NCBI GenBank assembly: GCA_031263105.1
Contig: JAISGJ010000030.1
Location: forward strand, 1-35,322
Source of the DNA: Coriobacteriales bacterium
GTDB lineage: Bacteria > Actinomycetota > Coriobacteriia > Coriobacteriales > UBA8131
Direction: 5' to 3'
Length of the DNA: 35,322 bases
This document shows, piece after piece, positions 18,801-28,122 of this stretch. The notes under the pieces are model-generated. The model was not told where the DNA came from and made no database searches. It worked only from the letters and a program-made list of their open reading frames with translations. The position numbers were made by a program, and so were the translations under genes. Position 1 is the first letter of the stretch. Every line of letters begins with the position of its first letter.

Positions 18801-19515
18801 GGCCCTGGGCGGCGTGAGCTTCACGGCGCGGCAGGGCGAGGTGACCGCGCTCGTGGGGCCGTCCGGCTCGGGCAAGACGACCATCGCGCACCTCGTCCCG
18901 CGCTTCTTCGACGTGACGGGCGGGCGCATCCTGCTAGGGGGCGTCGACATCCGCGACCTGGGGACGGCGCAGCTGATGGACCAGGTGAGCTTCGTGTTCC
19001 AGGACGTCTACCTGTTCAAGCAGAGCGTGCGCGACAACATACGGATGGCACGTCCCCAGGCGCATGACGAGCAGATCGAGCAGGCGGCGCGTGCGGCCCA
19101 GTGCCATGAGTTCATCGAGCGCCTTCCCCAAGGCTACGACACGGTGATAGGAGCGGACGGCGTGCACCTCTCCGGCGGCGAACGGCAGCGCATCGCCTTG
19201 GCGCGCGCCATCATCAAGGACGCGCCCGTGGTGGTGCTGGACGAGGCGACCGCCTTTGCCGACCCGGAGAACGAGCACCTGATCCAACAGGCCTTCGAGG
19301 TGCTCATGCGCGGCAAGACCGTGGTGATGATAGCGCACCGCCTCTCGACCGTCACGGGGGCGGACAGGATACTGGTGGTGGACAAGGGCCGTATCGTCGA
19401 GGAGGGGCGTCATGAGGAGCTCATCGACAGGAAGGGGAGGTACGCCGCGATGTGGGACATCTACGAGAAGACCGTGAGCTGGACCATGGCAGGACAGGAG
19501 GTGCGCCATGTCTGA
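15864..19515 (+). CDS. Fused ECF double ATPase (A-A') + ABC half-transporter (TMD+NBD, YbtP/IrtA-like); frameshifted near 15960-15965, so possibly a pseudogene or a sequencing error
   Basis: N-terminus MREAVIKFTDVSFVY lies in the frame of ORF 15852; the body lies in the frame of ORF 15901. Three Walker A motifs (GRSGCGKT, GANGAGKS, GPSGSGKT), three LSGG signatures, and a 6-TM domain with AHQLPD. Confidence 0.8.
17464..17605 (+). repeat. In-frame tandem repeats (18-bp and 9-bp units) encoding a QDAAGA / QDPQGT / QGT linker
   Basis: CAGGACGCGGCAGGGGCA x2+, CAGGGCACGCAGGACCCA x2, CAGGGCACA repeats. Confidence 0.85.
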
Positions 19516-21349
19516 TACGAGCAGCGCCGCCACAACCGGCACCCGCGAGGCCAACTCCTCACCCGCCGACACCGCCGCCAAACAACCTTGGCTCCAGCGC
19601 GTCCTCATGCTCAGCGACAAGGGCTACCGCGACCTGAGGAGCGCGATCCTCGCCTGCACCCTCACGAACTTCTCGCTGATGCTGCCCTTCGCCATAACCA
19701 TCCTCGTCATCGCCGAGGTCGTCGGCGCCCTGACCGGCGCGCAGGGGCAGATGGATGCAACGAGGCTCTGGCTGCTGTTCGGCGGCGGCGTGCTCGGTGC
19801 GGTCGTGGTGTTCTTCGCAAACCGCAACGACTACCGCAAGACCTATGTGGCCTCGTACCTTGAGACGGAGCACACCCGCGTCACGGTGGCGGAACGCATC
19901 CGCAGGCTGCCCATGAGCGTGTTCAACTCGCGCGACCTGACGGACCTGACCACCTCCATCATGGGCGACGTGGCGACCACGGAGCATGTGCTGAGCCACA
20001 TCATCCCCCAGCTGGCCGCGAACGCCGTCTCCATCACCGTCATCAGCGCGCTTCTGGCCGTCTTCGACTGGCGCCTTGCCCTCAGCGTCTACTGCACGGT
20101 CCCTCTGGCCTTTGCCATCATCGTCGTCAGCCGCCGCCTCCAGACGAGCCTCGGCAAGCGGCAGATACGCGCCAAGATGAAGGCGGCCGAGCAGGTGCAG
20201 GAGTACATCGACGGCATCAAGGTCATCAAGGCCTGCAACCTCACGGGCGCGCGCTTCAAGGTGCTCGACGACGCCCTCCTCACGATGAAGCGCCTCGCCA
20301 TCCGTTTCGAGCTCGGCGTCGGCGTCTTCATCACAGGGGCGCAGGCCGTCCTGCAGGCAGGCGTGGGGCTGACCGTCTTCGTGGGCGCCTTCCTCATCAT
20401 CAACGGGCACATCGACTTCATCCCCCTCATGATGTTCCTCGTCATGGTCACGCGCATCTACGGCCCCATCCTCACCGAGCTCACCCTCCTCCCCGAGCTC
20501 CTCTACAACGCCATCGTCGTGGGGCGCACGCGCACGCTGATGGCGATACCGGTCATGGAGGGCGCAGGCGAGGACGCTGACACAGGCGGCCTCGGGGACC
20601 TCACGATACGCTTCGAACACGTCGACTTCAGCTACAACGAGGGTGGCGAGAAGGCCGTCTGCGACCTGACGCTCACGATACCCCCGGGGCAGATAACGGC
20701 GCTCGTGGGGCCGTCCGGCTCCGGGAAGTCCACCCTGTCCCGCCTGATCGCGCGCTTCTGGGACGTCGATGCCGGGCGCGTGAGCATCGGCGGGCGCGAC
20801 GTGTCCGCCCTCGACCCCGAGTACCTCATGAGCTTCATGTCCTTCGTGTTCCAGGACGTCGTCCTGTTCAACGACACGGTCATGAACAACATCAGGATAG
20901 GGAGGATGGACGCCACGGAAGACGAGGTCGTCGCCGCCGCGCGGGCAGCCTGCTGCGACGAGTTCGTCACGCGCCTGCCCGAGGGCTACGACACCCTGCT
21001 CGGCGAGAACGGCGCCACGCTCTCCGGCGGCGAGCGCCAGCGCATCTCCATCGCGCGCGCCCTGCTCAAGGACGCGCCCATCGTGCTCCTCGACGAGGCC
21101 ACCGCCTCGCTCGACCCCGAGAACGAGATGCTCATCCAGCAGGCGGTCGCACGCCTTGTCGCCGGCAAGACCGTGGTCGTCATCGCGCACCGCCTGCGCA
21201 CCGTCAAGGACTGCAAGAAGATAGCCGTCCTCGAGCGCGGCAGACTGGTGGAGGAGGGCACGCACGACGAGCTCATGGCCAACGCCGCCCTCTACCACCG
21301 CCTCTACAGCATCCAACAAGCGACCCAGAGCTGGACGGTCAGGCGGTGA
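19508..21349 (+). CDS. ABC half-transporter TMD+NBD (YbtQ/IrtB-like partner)
   Basis: RIRRLP, SHIIPQ, QEYIDGIKVIKA, GPSGSGKS, LSGGERQRISIARA, LLDEATASLDPENE, IAHRL. Confidence 0.93.
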   Translation: MSDTSSAATTGTREANSSPADTAAKQPWLQRVLMLSDKGYRDLRSAILACTLTNFSLMLPFAITILVIAEVVGALTGAQGQMDATRLWLLFGGGVLGAVVVFFANRNDYRKTYVASYLETEHTRVTVAERIRRLPMSVFNSRDLTDLTTSIMGDVATTEHVLSHIIPQLAANAVSITVISALLAVFDWRLALSVYCTVPLAFAIIVVSRRLQTSLGKRQIRAKMKAAEQVQEYIDGIKVIKACNLTGARFKVLDDALLTMKRLAIRFELGVGVFITGAQAVLQAGVGLTVFVGAFLIINGHIDFIPLMMFLVMVTRIYGPILTELTLLPELLYNAIVVGRTRTLMAIPVMEGAGEDADTGGLGDLTIRFEHVDFSYNEGGEKAVCDLTLTIPPGQITALVGPSGSGKSTLSRLIARFWDVDAGRVSIGGRDVSALDPEYLMSFMSFVFQDVVLFNDTVMNNIRIGRMDATEDEVVAAARAACCDEFVTRLPEGYDTLLGENGATLSGGERQRISIARALLKDAPIVLLDEATASLDPENEMLIQQAVARLVAGKTVVVIAHRLRTVKDCKKIAVLERGRLVEEGTHDELMANAALYHRLYSIQQATQSWTVRR

Positions 21350-21630
21350 GACGATAGGTGGGGCAGGCAACATCAGGCAAGAGACGGCAGCGGGGCAATT
21401 CGTCTCAGGGAGAGGCTGATTGGGCGCACCGCGACTCCATCCCTCTGAAACAAACCTAAGAACTATTTCCTGCGTCTTACCTGTCGCTATGCTACAATCC
21501 TTTTGACCGAGGAACGAAAGAGAGACATGGATAATTTGGAGGGGTCATCTTGACAAGTCTCTGTTAGCGTAAATCGACAAGCGTGGTATGATTGACGTGG
21601 TCAGACGCGGTCAGACGAGAACCAGGAGAT

Positions 21631-21858
21631 ATGAAAATGGCCGAATACCAAGTAAATTTTCTCTGGGATGAAGAAGCCGCTGTATGGATTGCCGCCAGCG
21701 ATGAGATTCCTGGCCTTGTGCTTGAGTCCGGCTCGCTTGACGCGCTTATGGAGCGTGTGCGCTATACCGCCCCTGAGTTGTTGGCGCTGAACGGTCAGCC
21801 AGAGGACGACTTTTCCCTACACTTTCTCTCCGAGCGCCGCGAACTGATTAGCTGCTGA
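21631..21858 (+). CDS. DUF1902-family (HicB-fold) putative antitoxin
   Basis: WDEEAAVWIAASDEIPGLVLESGSLDALMERV..APELLALNG; AGGAG RBS; alternative start at 21637. Confidence 0.82.
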   Translation: MKMAEYQVNFLWDEEAAVWIAASDEIPGLVLESGSLDALMERVRYTAPELLALNGQPEDDFSLHFLSERRELISC

Positions 21859-22052
21859 TGGCCGAGTACGAAAAGAGAGTTCGTGAGCTACTCAGTAGGC
21901 ATGGCTGCCATTTTGTACGCCACGGCAAAGGCGACCATGATATTTGGCACAGCCCCATCACGGGCATCAGTGTTAGTGTGGATACCAGAATCAAATCACG
22001 CCACACCGCCAACGCCATCATGAAGCAAAGTGGAATCAACCACCATTTCTGA
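21858..22052 (+). CDS. hicA: HicA-family mRNA interferase toxin
   Basis: 64 aa; FVRHGKGDHDIW.SP...SRHTANAIMKQSG; TGATG coupling. Confidence 0.88.
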   Translation: MAEYEKRVRELLSRHGCHFVRHGKGDHDIWHSPITGISVSVDTRIKSRHTANAIMKQSGINHHF

Positions 22053-22252
22053 TAGCCCCATAGGGTCTGAAGCTGAAGACATGGTTCGAGGCCGCACTCT
22101 GGTCCGCATCCGTCGCCCCTGCCGTCCCGCTGCTTCGTCCTACTAATGTTCCACCTGCTCCGTTTCACCTGCTCCCGTTTCACCAAGCACATACCTCAAT
22201 CCGTTCAGACAACGCATTGCCTGCCTGCCTGGCGGGACGGTTGTCCTCTCCC

Positions 22253-22420
22253 TTAATGTGCTATGAGCTTGAAGTTTATCAGGCGGCTTACCGAAATGCC
22301 TTCTTCTTTTGCCTCCATGTCGAGCCGACGATGAACCGATGAGGGCATACGTAGGCCTATGGTTCCAGAATAGGTCTTTCGAGAAAGCGGCACGGGAGCC
22401 TCTTCCCCGCTGGCCTCCAT
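22253..22420 (-). pseudogene. C-terminal remnant of a HicB-type antitoxin (ribbon-helix-helix part)
   Basis: GEEAPVPLSRKTYSGTIGLRMPSSVHRRLDMEAKEEGISVSRLI resembles the HicB C-terminus; the N-terminal domain is absent. Confidence 0.65.
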
Positions 22421-22483
22421 ATCATTATTGGTATCATAGTACAAGAACACACTGCTGTTCCTCGGCAGCGAAACATCAGAAGG

Positions 22484-22635
22484 GTTACTGTCCACACCCT
22501 ACTGTCATTCCGAGCGTAGCGTAGCGAAGTCGAGGAATCTTTGGCTGCGAAGCAGCCAACTGGCCCGGTTGGGCGCCGATGCGCCCAAAGATTCCTCGGC
22601 TTCGCTCGGAATGACAGTAGGGTGTGAACAGTAAC
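22484..22635. mobile_element. MITE-like element copy C (152 bp), best-preserved ends
   Basis: GTTACTGTCCACACCCTACTGTCATTCCGAGCG ... CGCTCGGAATGACAGTAGGGTGTGAACAGTAAC (33-bp inverted repeat, 1 mismatch); direct repeat TCAGAAGG at 22476-22483 and 22636-22643. Confidence 0.92.
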
Positions 22636-22654
22636 TCAGAAGGAGGATCCGGCT

Positions 22655-23449
22655 GTGTACTATCCGGTGCAGATACCCTTTGTGTTAAATCAGCGGTTTG
22701 CCGAAGCCGTGCGCTATACAGAGGAGATTCTCCCATCGCTGGAGGGTTTCGTTATCTGCCTTTGGGAAATGACGCCGCTGGCCACGCGGGAAACCAAACG
22801 GGGAATTGAGATTGACAATGTGATTGTCACGGACGGCTGCATCGACCTTGTGGTCGAATATGACAACAGGCACATTGGCTACGCGGGCATGAGCAAAACC
22901 GAATTCCACTATAAGATTGATTCGACGACAAGGTGCATGGGGGCTCGATTGAAGCCAGGCGCTTTTCACCAGCTTACAGGTTTGTCGGCAGGCGCGGCGA
23001 TGGATGCCTTCCTCCCCCTTGGCACCGTGGACAAGGCCTTCGATACCGATGCCTTTTTCGCACTTTCGTTCGAGCGGGCCAAGGTGCGTTTCAGGGAATA
23101 TCTGGGTATGCTGGTCGGCGGCAGGTGTCCCGACAGCTTCACGCTGCTTTTTGACGCTTTGAGCCAATCGCCGCCCGTTGCGACGAAGGATCTGTATAAT
23201 CAGCTTCATTTCAGTCCACGGCAATGTCAACGGCTTTTTGCAAAGCGTTTCGGGCTTACCCCACAAATGGCGCTCTGCCTTATCCGCTTTCAAAAGTGCC
23301 TTGAGGTATTGACCGGCGGAAAAGCCGCACCCGGCGATATTTTGAACACAGCCACCTATTACGACCAATCCCATTTCATCAGGGATTTCAAACGAAACGT
23401 AGGGCTGACGCCGTTTGAACTGATACGGCGCTATAGGGAATATTCCTGA
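22655..23449 (+). CDS. AraC-family regulator (N-terminal DUF6597-like domain + HTH)
   Basis: VTDGCIDLV, GARLKPG, SPRQCQRLFAKRFGLTP, YYDQSHFIRDFKRNVGLTP; AGGAGG RBS before the GTG. Confidence 0.88.
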   Translation: MYYPVQIPFVLNQRFAEAVRYTEEILPSLEGFVICLWEMTPLATRETKRGIEIDNVIVTDGCIDLVVEYDNRHIGYAGMSKTEFHYKIDSTTRCMGARLKPGAFHQLTGLSAGAAMDAFLPLGTVDKAFDTDAFFALSFERAKVRFREYLGMLVGGRCPDSFTLLFDALSQSPPVATKDLYNQLHFSPRQCQRLFAKRFGLTPQMALCLIRFQKCLEVLTGGKAAPGDILNTATYYDQSHFIRDFKRNVGLTPFELIRRYREYS

Positions 23450-23543
23450 AAAGACGGCGCATTTTTACAATCGTCTCTGTCTGTCTCACGATAGAATCAG
23501 GGGTTCATACAGGTTCTTAAAGATTAGAAGGAGACGATAGCCG

Positions 23544-23957
23544 ATGTATAAGAGCATGACCGCAAACTTAATGGTTGAAAGCGTTGACGATTCTGTTGAG
23601 TTCTACCGGAATATATTGGGGTTCTCTGTTGTCACTTCGGTCCCGAACGAAAACGGAGAACTTCAATTTGCCTTTTTGTCAAAAGACGGTCTCATGCTGA
23701 TGATGCAAGAGAAGGGCAATTTGACGGAAGAGTACCCGATCCTGAGCACCGACACGCTCCACCCGTCTGTCACCCTCTATATCGCGGTGGACAATCTCGA
23801 CGGACTCTACTGCGAATTAAAGGAGCGCCATGGGATTCTTTGCGATGTGCACACCACGTTTTATGGCTCAAAGGAATTCGCCGTCGCAGATAACAGCGGC
23901 TATGTTCTGACCTTTACCGAAGCCCACGAGGAACAGGATGGGGATAGCGAGGCCTGA
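23544..23957 (+). CDS. VOC (glyoxalase/bleomycin-resistance) family protein
   Basis: NLMVESVDDSVEFYRNILGF, TLYIAVDNLD, TFYGSKEFAVADNSGYVLTF; AAGGAG RBS. Confidence 0.88.
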   Translation: MYKSMTANLMVESVDDSVEFYRNILGFSVVTSVPNENGELQFAFLSKDGLMLMMQEKGNLTEEYPILSTDTLHPSVTLYIAVDNLDGLYCELKERHGILCDVHTTFYGSKEFAVADNSGYVLTFTEAHEEQDGDSEA

Positions 23958-23976
23958 AAGGGCATAGGGGCGAGGC

Positions 23977-24381
23977 TCAGGAAAGGGAGGTGCCGAAGGC
24001 CTCACCGAAGGCCTCGGCCGCTTCGAGGTCGTCCTCCGTCGGCGTGAACACCACCTTGAGCTGCTGCTCGAATACCCGGGCCTTGAGGCTTGTGAGGCGC
24101 TCGGCAAGATGGGACAGCGCCTCGCCGCTCCATCCGTAGGAACCGAACAGCGCGACCGGCCGTTTAGGAACGGTCACGGCGTCGATGCCAGCGATGAGAT
24201 GCCAGACGACGGGCAGGGCATCGCGGTTGATGGTCGGCGACCCAACGAGGAAGGCATCGCTCTCGTTCAGGCGACGGACCAGGTCCGCGAGGTCATGCCT
24301 GACGAGGTCGTAGCAGGCGACCTCGGCCTCTGGCAGGGCACGCAGCAGGCCGCGGGCGACATGGGTCTGCCGCCCGGTTCG
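23977..24381 (-). pseudogene. Headless flavodoxin domain of an FprA/flavodiiron-type protein
   Basis: Open frame VARGLLRALPEAEVACYDL...SDAFLVGSPTINRDALP...ALFGSYGWSGEA...FTPTEDDL; no start codon at its 5' end and no SxYGxT FMN loop. Confidence 0.75.
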
Positions 24382-24537
24382 CTACTCGGCCTCGAACTGG
24401 TCTTTGCCCACACCGCAGACCGGGCAGACGAAGTCGTCGGGCACATCGTCCCACGGGGTGCCGGGGGCGATGCCCGCGTCGGCATCGCCGGTCTCAGGGT
24501 CGTAGAGGTATCCGCATACCTGGCACAGGTATCCCAT
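24382..24537 (-). CDS. Rubredoxin (51 aa)
   Basis: [14 protein letters not shown]...[36 protein letters not shown]. Confidence 0.95.
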   Translation of the reverse strand: MGYLCQVCGYLYDPETGDADAGIAPGTPWDDVPDDFVCPVCGVGKDQFEAE

Positions 24538-24744
24538 GGTCGTCCTTTCGTCGGAGGAGCGCTTCCCTCTTCCATGAGAAGTGTCGCAGGCACATGGTAG
24601 CGCAACGGCGAAAGACGCGCCACCTGCGCCACCCGCCGCATCGGCTGTGCCTCCAAGAGGCGAGACCGGCGGCGGGAGACGCGTCAAAGGGTGCCGGAGT
24701 GCCGGGGTGCCGCACCAGCCGACAGCAGGCGCAGCGCCGAGCCG

Positions 24745-25914
24745 TCAGACCTCTTTGATCGTGTAGCGGTCGGCTCCCAGGCCGAGCTTCGTCGCGTGGT
24801 CGATGATGGTGCGCCAGTTGGTGTGGGGGCCTATCACCTTGAAGTAGTCCTCGTGCGGCTCCGTATGGGCGCAGCCGGCATGGGCACCGCCGCTCTCACC
24901 GAGCCTGTCGGCAAGCACGCTGTTGGCCGTCGCCGGCTGCCTGTTGACGGCGTCTGCGCAGGCGACGTCCAGCGCCACCGGGTCGAAGGAGGCGAACATG
25001 CCGACGTCCGGCACGATGGGGACGTCGTTGGCGCGCCAGCAGTCGCAGAGCGGGGACACGTCGATCACGAGGCTCACGTGGAAGTGCGGGCGCCCGTCAA
25101 GCACCGCCCATGCGTACTCGGCGATCTTCGCGTTGAGGATGGAGCTGTCCTCGTCGAAGGAGGAGTATATCGCGTCGATCGGGCAGGCGCCGATGCAATG
25201 CCCGCAGCCGACACAGGACCCCGGGTCGATGAACGCCTTCTTCTGCGGATAGCCGATGGCGCCGGACGCGCAGAACCGCCCGCACTTCCGGCATCCGATG
25301 CACGCCTCGGCCCTGACCTTCGGCGCGGAGGCCGAGTGCATCTCCATCTTGCCGGCCCGTGACCCGCAGCCCATGCCGATGTTCTTCAGGGCGCCGCCGA
25401 AGCCGCTCTCGATATGCCCCTTGAAGTGCGAGAGCGACAAGAAGACGTCGGCGTCCATGACGGCACGGCCGATCTTCGCCTCCGTGACGTACGTGCCGCC
25501 GGGAACAGGGACCAGCTGCTCGTCCGTCCCCGCGAGCCCGTCGCCGATCATGATGTGGCAGCCGGTCGAGAACGGGGAGAAGCCGTGCTCGTAGGCGAGC
25601 GCCAGATGCTCCAAGGCGTTCTTGCGCCGTCCGGGATACAGGGTGTTGCAATCGGTGAGGAAGGGCCGCCCGCCGTGCTCGCGCACGAGGTCGATGAGCA
25701 CCTTGGCGTAGTTGGGCCGCAGGTAGGCGAGGTTACCAGCCTCGCCGAAGTGCATCTTGACCGCCGTGAACTTCCGCTCGAAATCGATGGTCCCTATCCC
25801 CGCCCGCTCCACGAGCCGTTTGAGCGTGCTCGGCAGGGTCTCGTTCTCGTTCAGGCGCATCGAGCTAAAGAAGACCTCGGAAGGGGCAGACGAGCTGCCG
25901 GAAGCCGCAACCAT
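24745..25914 (-). CDS. DUF362-domain Fe-S protein with inserted 2x[4Fe-4S] ferredoxin domain
   Basis: AVKMHFGEAGN, PFLTDCNTLY, SHFKGH..GFGGALKNIGMGC, CIGCRKC...CVGCGHCIGACP, SPLCDC, DPVALDVAC; GGAG RBS before the ATG at 25914. Confidence 0.9.
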   Translation of the reverse strand: MVAASGSSSAPSEVFFSSMRLNENETLPSTLKRLVERAGIGTIDFERKFTAVKMHFGEAGNLAYLRPNYAKVLIDLVREHGGRPFLTDCNTLYPGRRKNALEHLALAYEHGFSPFSTGCHIMIGDGLAGTDEQLVPVPGGTYVTEAKIGRAVMDADVFLSLSHFKGHIESGFGGALKNIGMGCGSRAGKMEMHSASAPKVRAEACIGCRKCGRFCASGAIGYPQKKAFIDPGSCVGCGHCIGACPIDAIYSSFDEDSSILNAKIAEYAWAVLDGRPHFHVSLVIDVSPLCDCWRANDVPIVPDVGMFASFDPVALDVACADAVNRQPATANSVLADRLGESGGAHAGCAHTEPHEDYFKVIGPHTNWRTIIDHATKLGLGADRYTIKEV

Positions 25915-25972
25915 AGTCACTCCAATCGGAAAAGCCTCACCAAAGACACGCAGAGTATGATACTCCAACAAC

Positions 25973-26145
25973 GTTACAGTTCACACCCCACTGGCGTTCC
26001 GAGCCCCGCCGAGGAATCCGTGGACACGCAGTGGCCAACGGCAGGCCAAGGGGCCCCTCGACCTGCGGTCGACCGCTTGCGCGGCCGAGGATCCCTCGGC
26101 AGGCTCGGGATGACAGTGGGGTATCCGTGGGGGCGTGTCTGTAGC
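25973..26145. mobile_element. MITE-like element copy D (173 bp); interior is the reverse complement of copy A
   Basis: GTTACAGTTCACACCCCAC ... GGGATGACAGTGGGG..GTGGGGGCGTGTCTGTAGC; direct repeat CCAACAAC at 25965-25972 and 26146-26153; shares TCGACCTGCGGTCGACCGCTTGCGCGG with copy A. Confidence 0.87.
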
Positions 26146-26493
26146 CCAACAACACCCGGAATGGCAAGGGACTGCTTGGGAATAAACTGTACGATAGTCT
26201 GTGAGTCAGATTGCCACAGGTCAAGGCGGGAACAGGTGGCCCTACTTGTGGTAATGCCGCCTGTCTCCAACGCAGAGCTGGGTTCGACCGTCAAGCAAAC
26301 GCTCCAGTGGAGCGTTTGTAGGGAGAGCGGGTGAAGCGCTTGCGCGAACCCATGGAGCCAATCTGGCCGCAGAATATGTGCAGTTTATTTCCAAGCAGTC
26401 CCTAAGCCTTGCGCCCCACAGTAGGAATCGAAAGGTGCGGCGCGTATAATGGTGCTCTGCAAATCGAGGCTTGATCTGGATTTGGAGCTGCCG

Positions 26494-27987
26494 ATGTCAG
26501 GGTCGAGGAGCATCAGCCAACCCAATATCTTTGTCGCAGGCATCGGGCTTGGCCTGTCCTTCGATCTGTATGGCGTCTGCCTTTGGGGCGGTGCGCAGCT
26601 CTTTGCCGGGACAGTGGACGGCTCGGTGGCCTTGGTCTATGTCATTGCCTGCCTGACGGGCAGCCTTGTGGGATTTCTGGCCAAGCCCTTGGCCCGTCTG
26701 CTGCGCAGGGACGTGGGCCCTCTGTACCGGCAGGGCATGTATGTGTCCGGCATCCTGGGAATGGCCCTGCTGCTGCTGTCGGCCTGGAGGGGCGTTCCGC
26801 CCTTCCTTTTGGGCGCCGGCCTGCTCGTCGGCTTCACGATCGCTGCACTCTTCATGTTCTGGGTAGGCGACATCTCTCGGCGGACGCCTGGGGCCACTCG
26901 CAAGGTCCTTGCGTTGAGCATGGTCTTCTCGGCAGCGCTCAACGCCCTGTTCTACGGTATCGACCCCCTCTACCTCCTGCCTGTCATGTGCCCCGTGCTG
27001 ATACTGGCGTCCCTGGCACTGTGTTGGCGCTTCGGGCGGACGGGCTTTGGCAAAGGGGGGCTGGACCCCTCTGTGGGCACGCACGCCGCACGACAGGGCA
27101 GGCCTCATCCCCTCAAACGCTCCCTTCAGGAACTCACGGCCCCCGCAGTCTGTGCCGTGGTCCTGTTGCTGGTGGTCCCCACCATCAATTACGTGGCCTT
27201 GGAGGACTGCCTGGAGTGGCGGAGCAGGTTCTTGCTCATCGCCTCGGCCCAACTCCTGGCGGCCGTTGTGCTCTTCGTCCTTCTGGGGGTCATCAAACGT
27301 GGGCCTCTGATGGTGACCGCCTTTGTGGGGGCGGCCCCGCTGCTGGCCGTCGCCCTGTTCCTTTTTCCCTTTCTGGGGACGGCCTATCAGTACGCCCTTC
27401 TGCTCACGGGTTCGTTCCTGCACTTCATCGTCACTGCGCTGCTCATGGCCGACTCCGTGAAGGTTGCCGCAAGGCAGGCTGTCGATCCACAGGTGCTGTA
27501 CGGGCCGCTTGGCGCATTGACCTTTCTGGTTACCTATGGTGCGGCACAGGTCATGGACAGCATAGTGCGGAGCGGGATTTCCCGCGACATCCAGATGGTT
27601 GCCACGGCCTTCTTTCTCGTCTATCTGTTCGGCGTGGTGTTCCTCTTTGTGCAGAACCTCAAGCGCGAGCGCGAGCGTCAGGAGGCCGTCGAGGACAATT
27701 CGGTGATCTCGACCCTCAAACAGAAGGACTGGCGTTGGGGCAAGGATGGGCGTGAGGCGGAATGCTGCCGCTTCATCCGGCGCCGCTACGACCTGAGCGA
27801 GCGCGAGACGGAGGTATTGGAGAAGCTCCTGCACGGCAAGAACGCGCCGGCGATCGCCGAGGAGCTGGTGATATCGCCCAACACGGTGCGCAGCCACATC
27901 AAGCGGCTGTACCGGGCACTCGGCGTCCATTCGCGCCAGGAGCTCATAGAGTCGTTCGAGGAGCTGCTCGACGAGTTCGTGCGTTAG
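26494..27987 (+). CDS. Multi-pass transmembrane LuxR-family transcriptional regulator
   Basis: About 12 TM segments then YDLSERETEVL..GKNAPAIAEELVISPNTVRSHIKRLYRALGVHSRQEL; GGAG before the ATG at 26494; TATAAT at 26445-26450. Confidence 0.9.
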   Translation: MSGSRSISQPNIFVAGIGLGLSFDLYGVCLWGGAQLFAGTVDGSVALVYVIACLTGSLVGFLAKPLARLLRRDVGPLYRQGMYVSGILGMALLLLSAWRGVPPFLLGAGLLVGFTIAALFMFWVGDISRRTPGATRKVLALSMVFSAALNALFYGIDPLYLLPVMCPVLILASLALCWRFGRTGFGKGGLDPSVGTHAARQGRPHPLKRSLQELTAPAVCAVVLLLVVPTINYVALEDCLEWRSRFLLIASAQLLAAVVLFVLLGVIKRGPLMVTAFVGAAPLLAVALFLFPFLGTAYQYALLLTGSFLHFIVTALLMADSVKVAARQAVDPQVLYGPLGALTFLVTYGAAQVMDSIVRSGISRDIQMVATAFFLVYLFGVVFLFVQNLKRERERQEAVEDNSVISTLKQKDWRWGKDGREAECCRFIRRRYDLSERETEVLEKLLHGKNAPAIAEELVISPNTVRSHIKRLYRALGVHSRQELIESFEELLDEFVR

Positions 27988-28006
27988 GGAAGTGCCGTCC
28001 TCCCGA

Positions 28007-28074
28007 CAATCACCAAGCCGAGGCCTCAATCACCCACTTTGTGACCGACCTTGAGCGGCGCTCCTTCCTATAGT
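28007..28074 (+). promoter_or_regulatory. Candidate LuxR-dependent promoter of the flavoenzyme gene
   Basis: CAATCACC repeated at 28007 and 28027 (20-bp period); TCAC-N7-GTGA at 28030-28044; TATAGT at 28069-28074. Confidence 0.5.
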
Positions 28075-28122
28075 GCCAAAAGAACCTCGACACGAGGCTT
28101 CGCACTCAACGAAGGAGGAAAC

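Noticed and set aside
22152..22184. Short tandem repeat CACCTGCTCC(C)GTTT x2
   Set aside because: Only two units in an intergenic gap, with no evidence of function.
26154..26440. Possible ncRNA or riboswitch in the intergenic region before the second luxR
   Set aside because: There is a hairpin (CAAACGCTCCAGTGGAGCGTTTG) but no riboswitch, tRNA or other RNA-family motif I can recognise; an Rfam/Infernal search would be needed.
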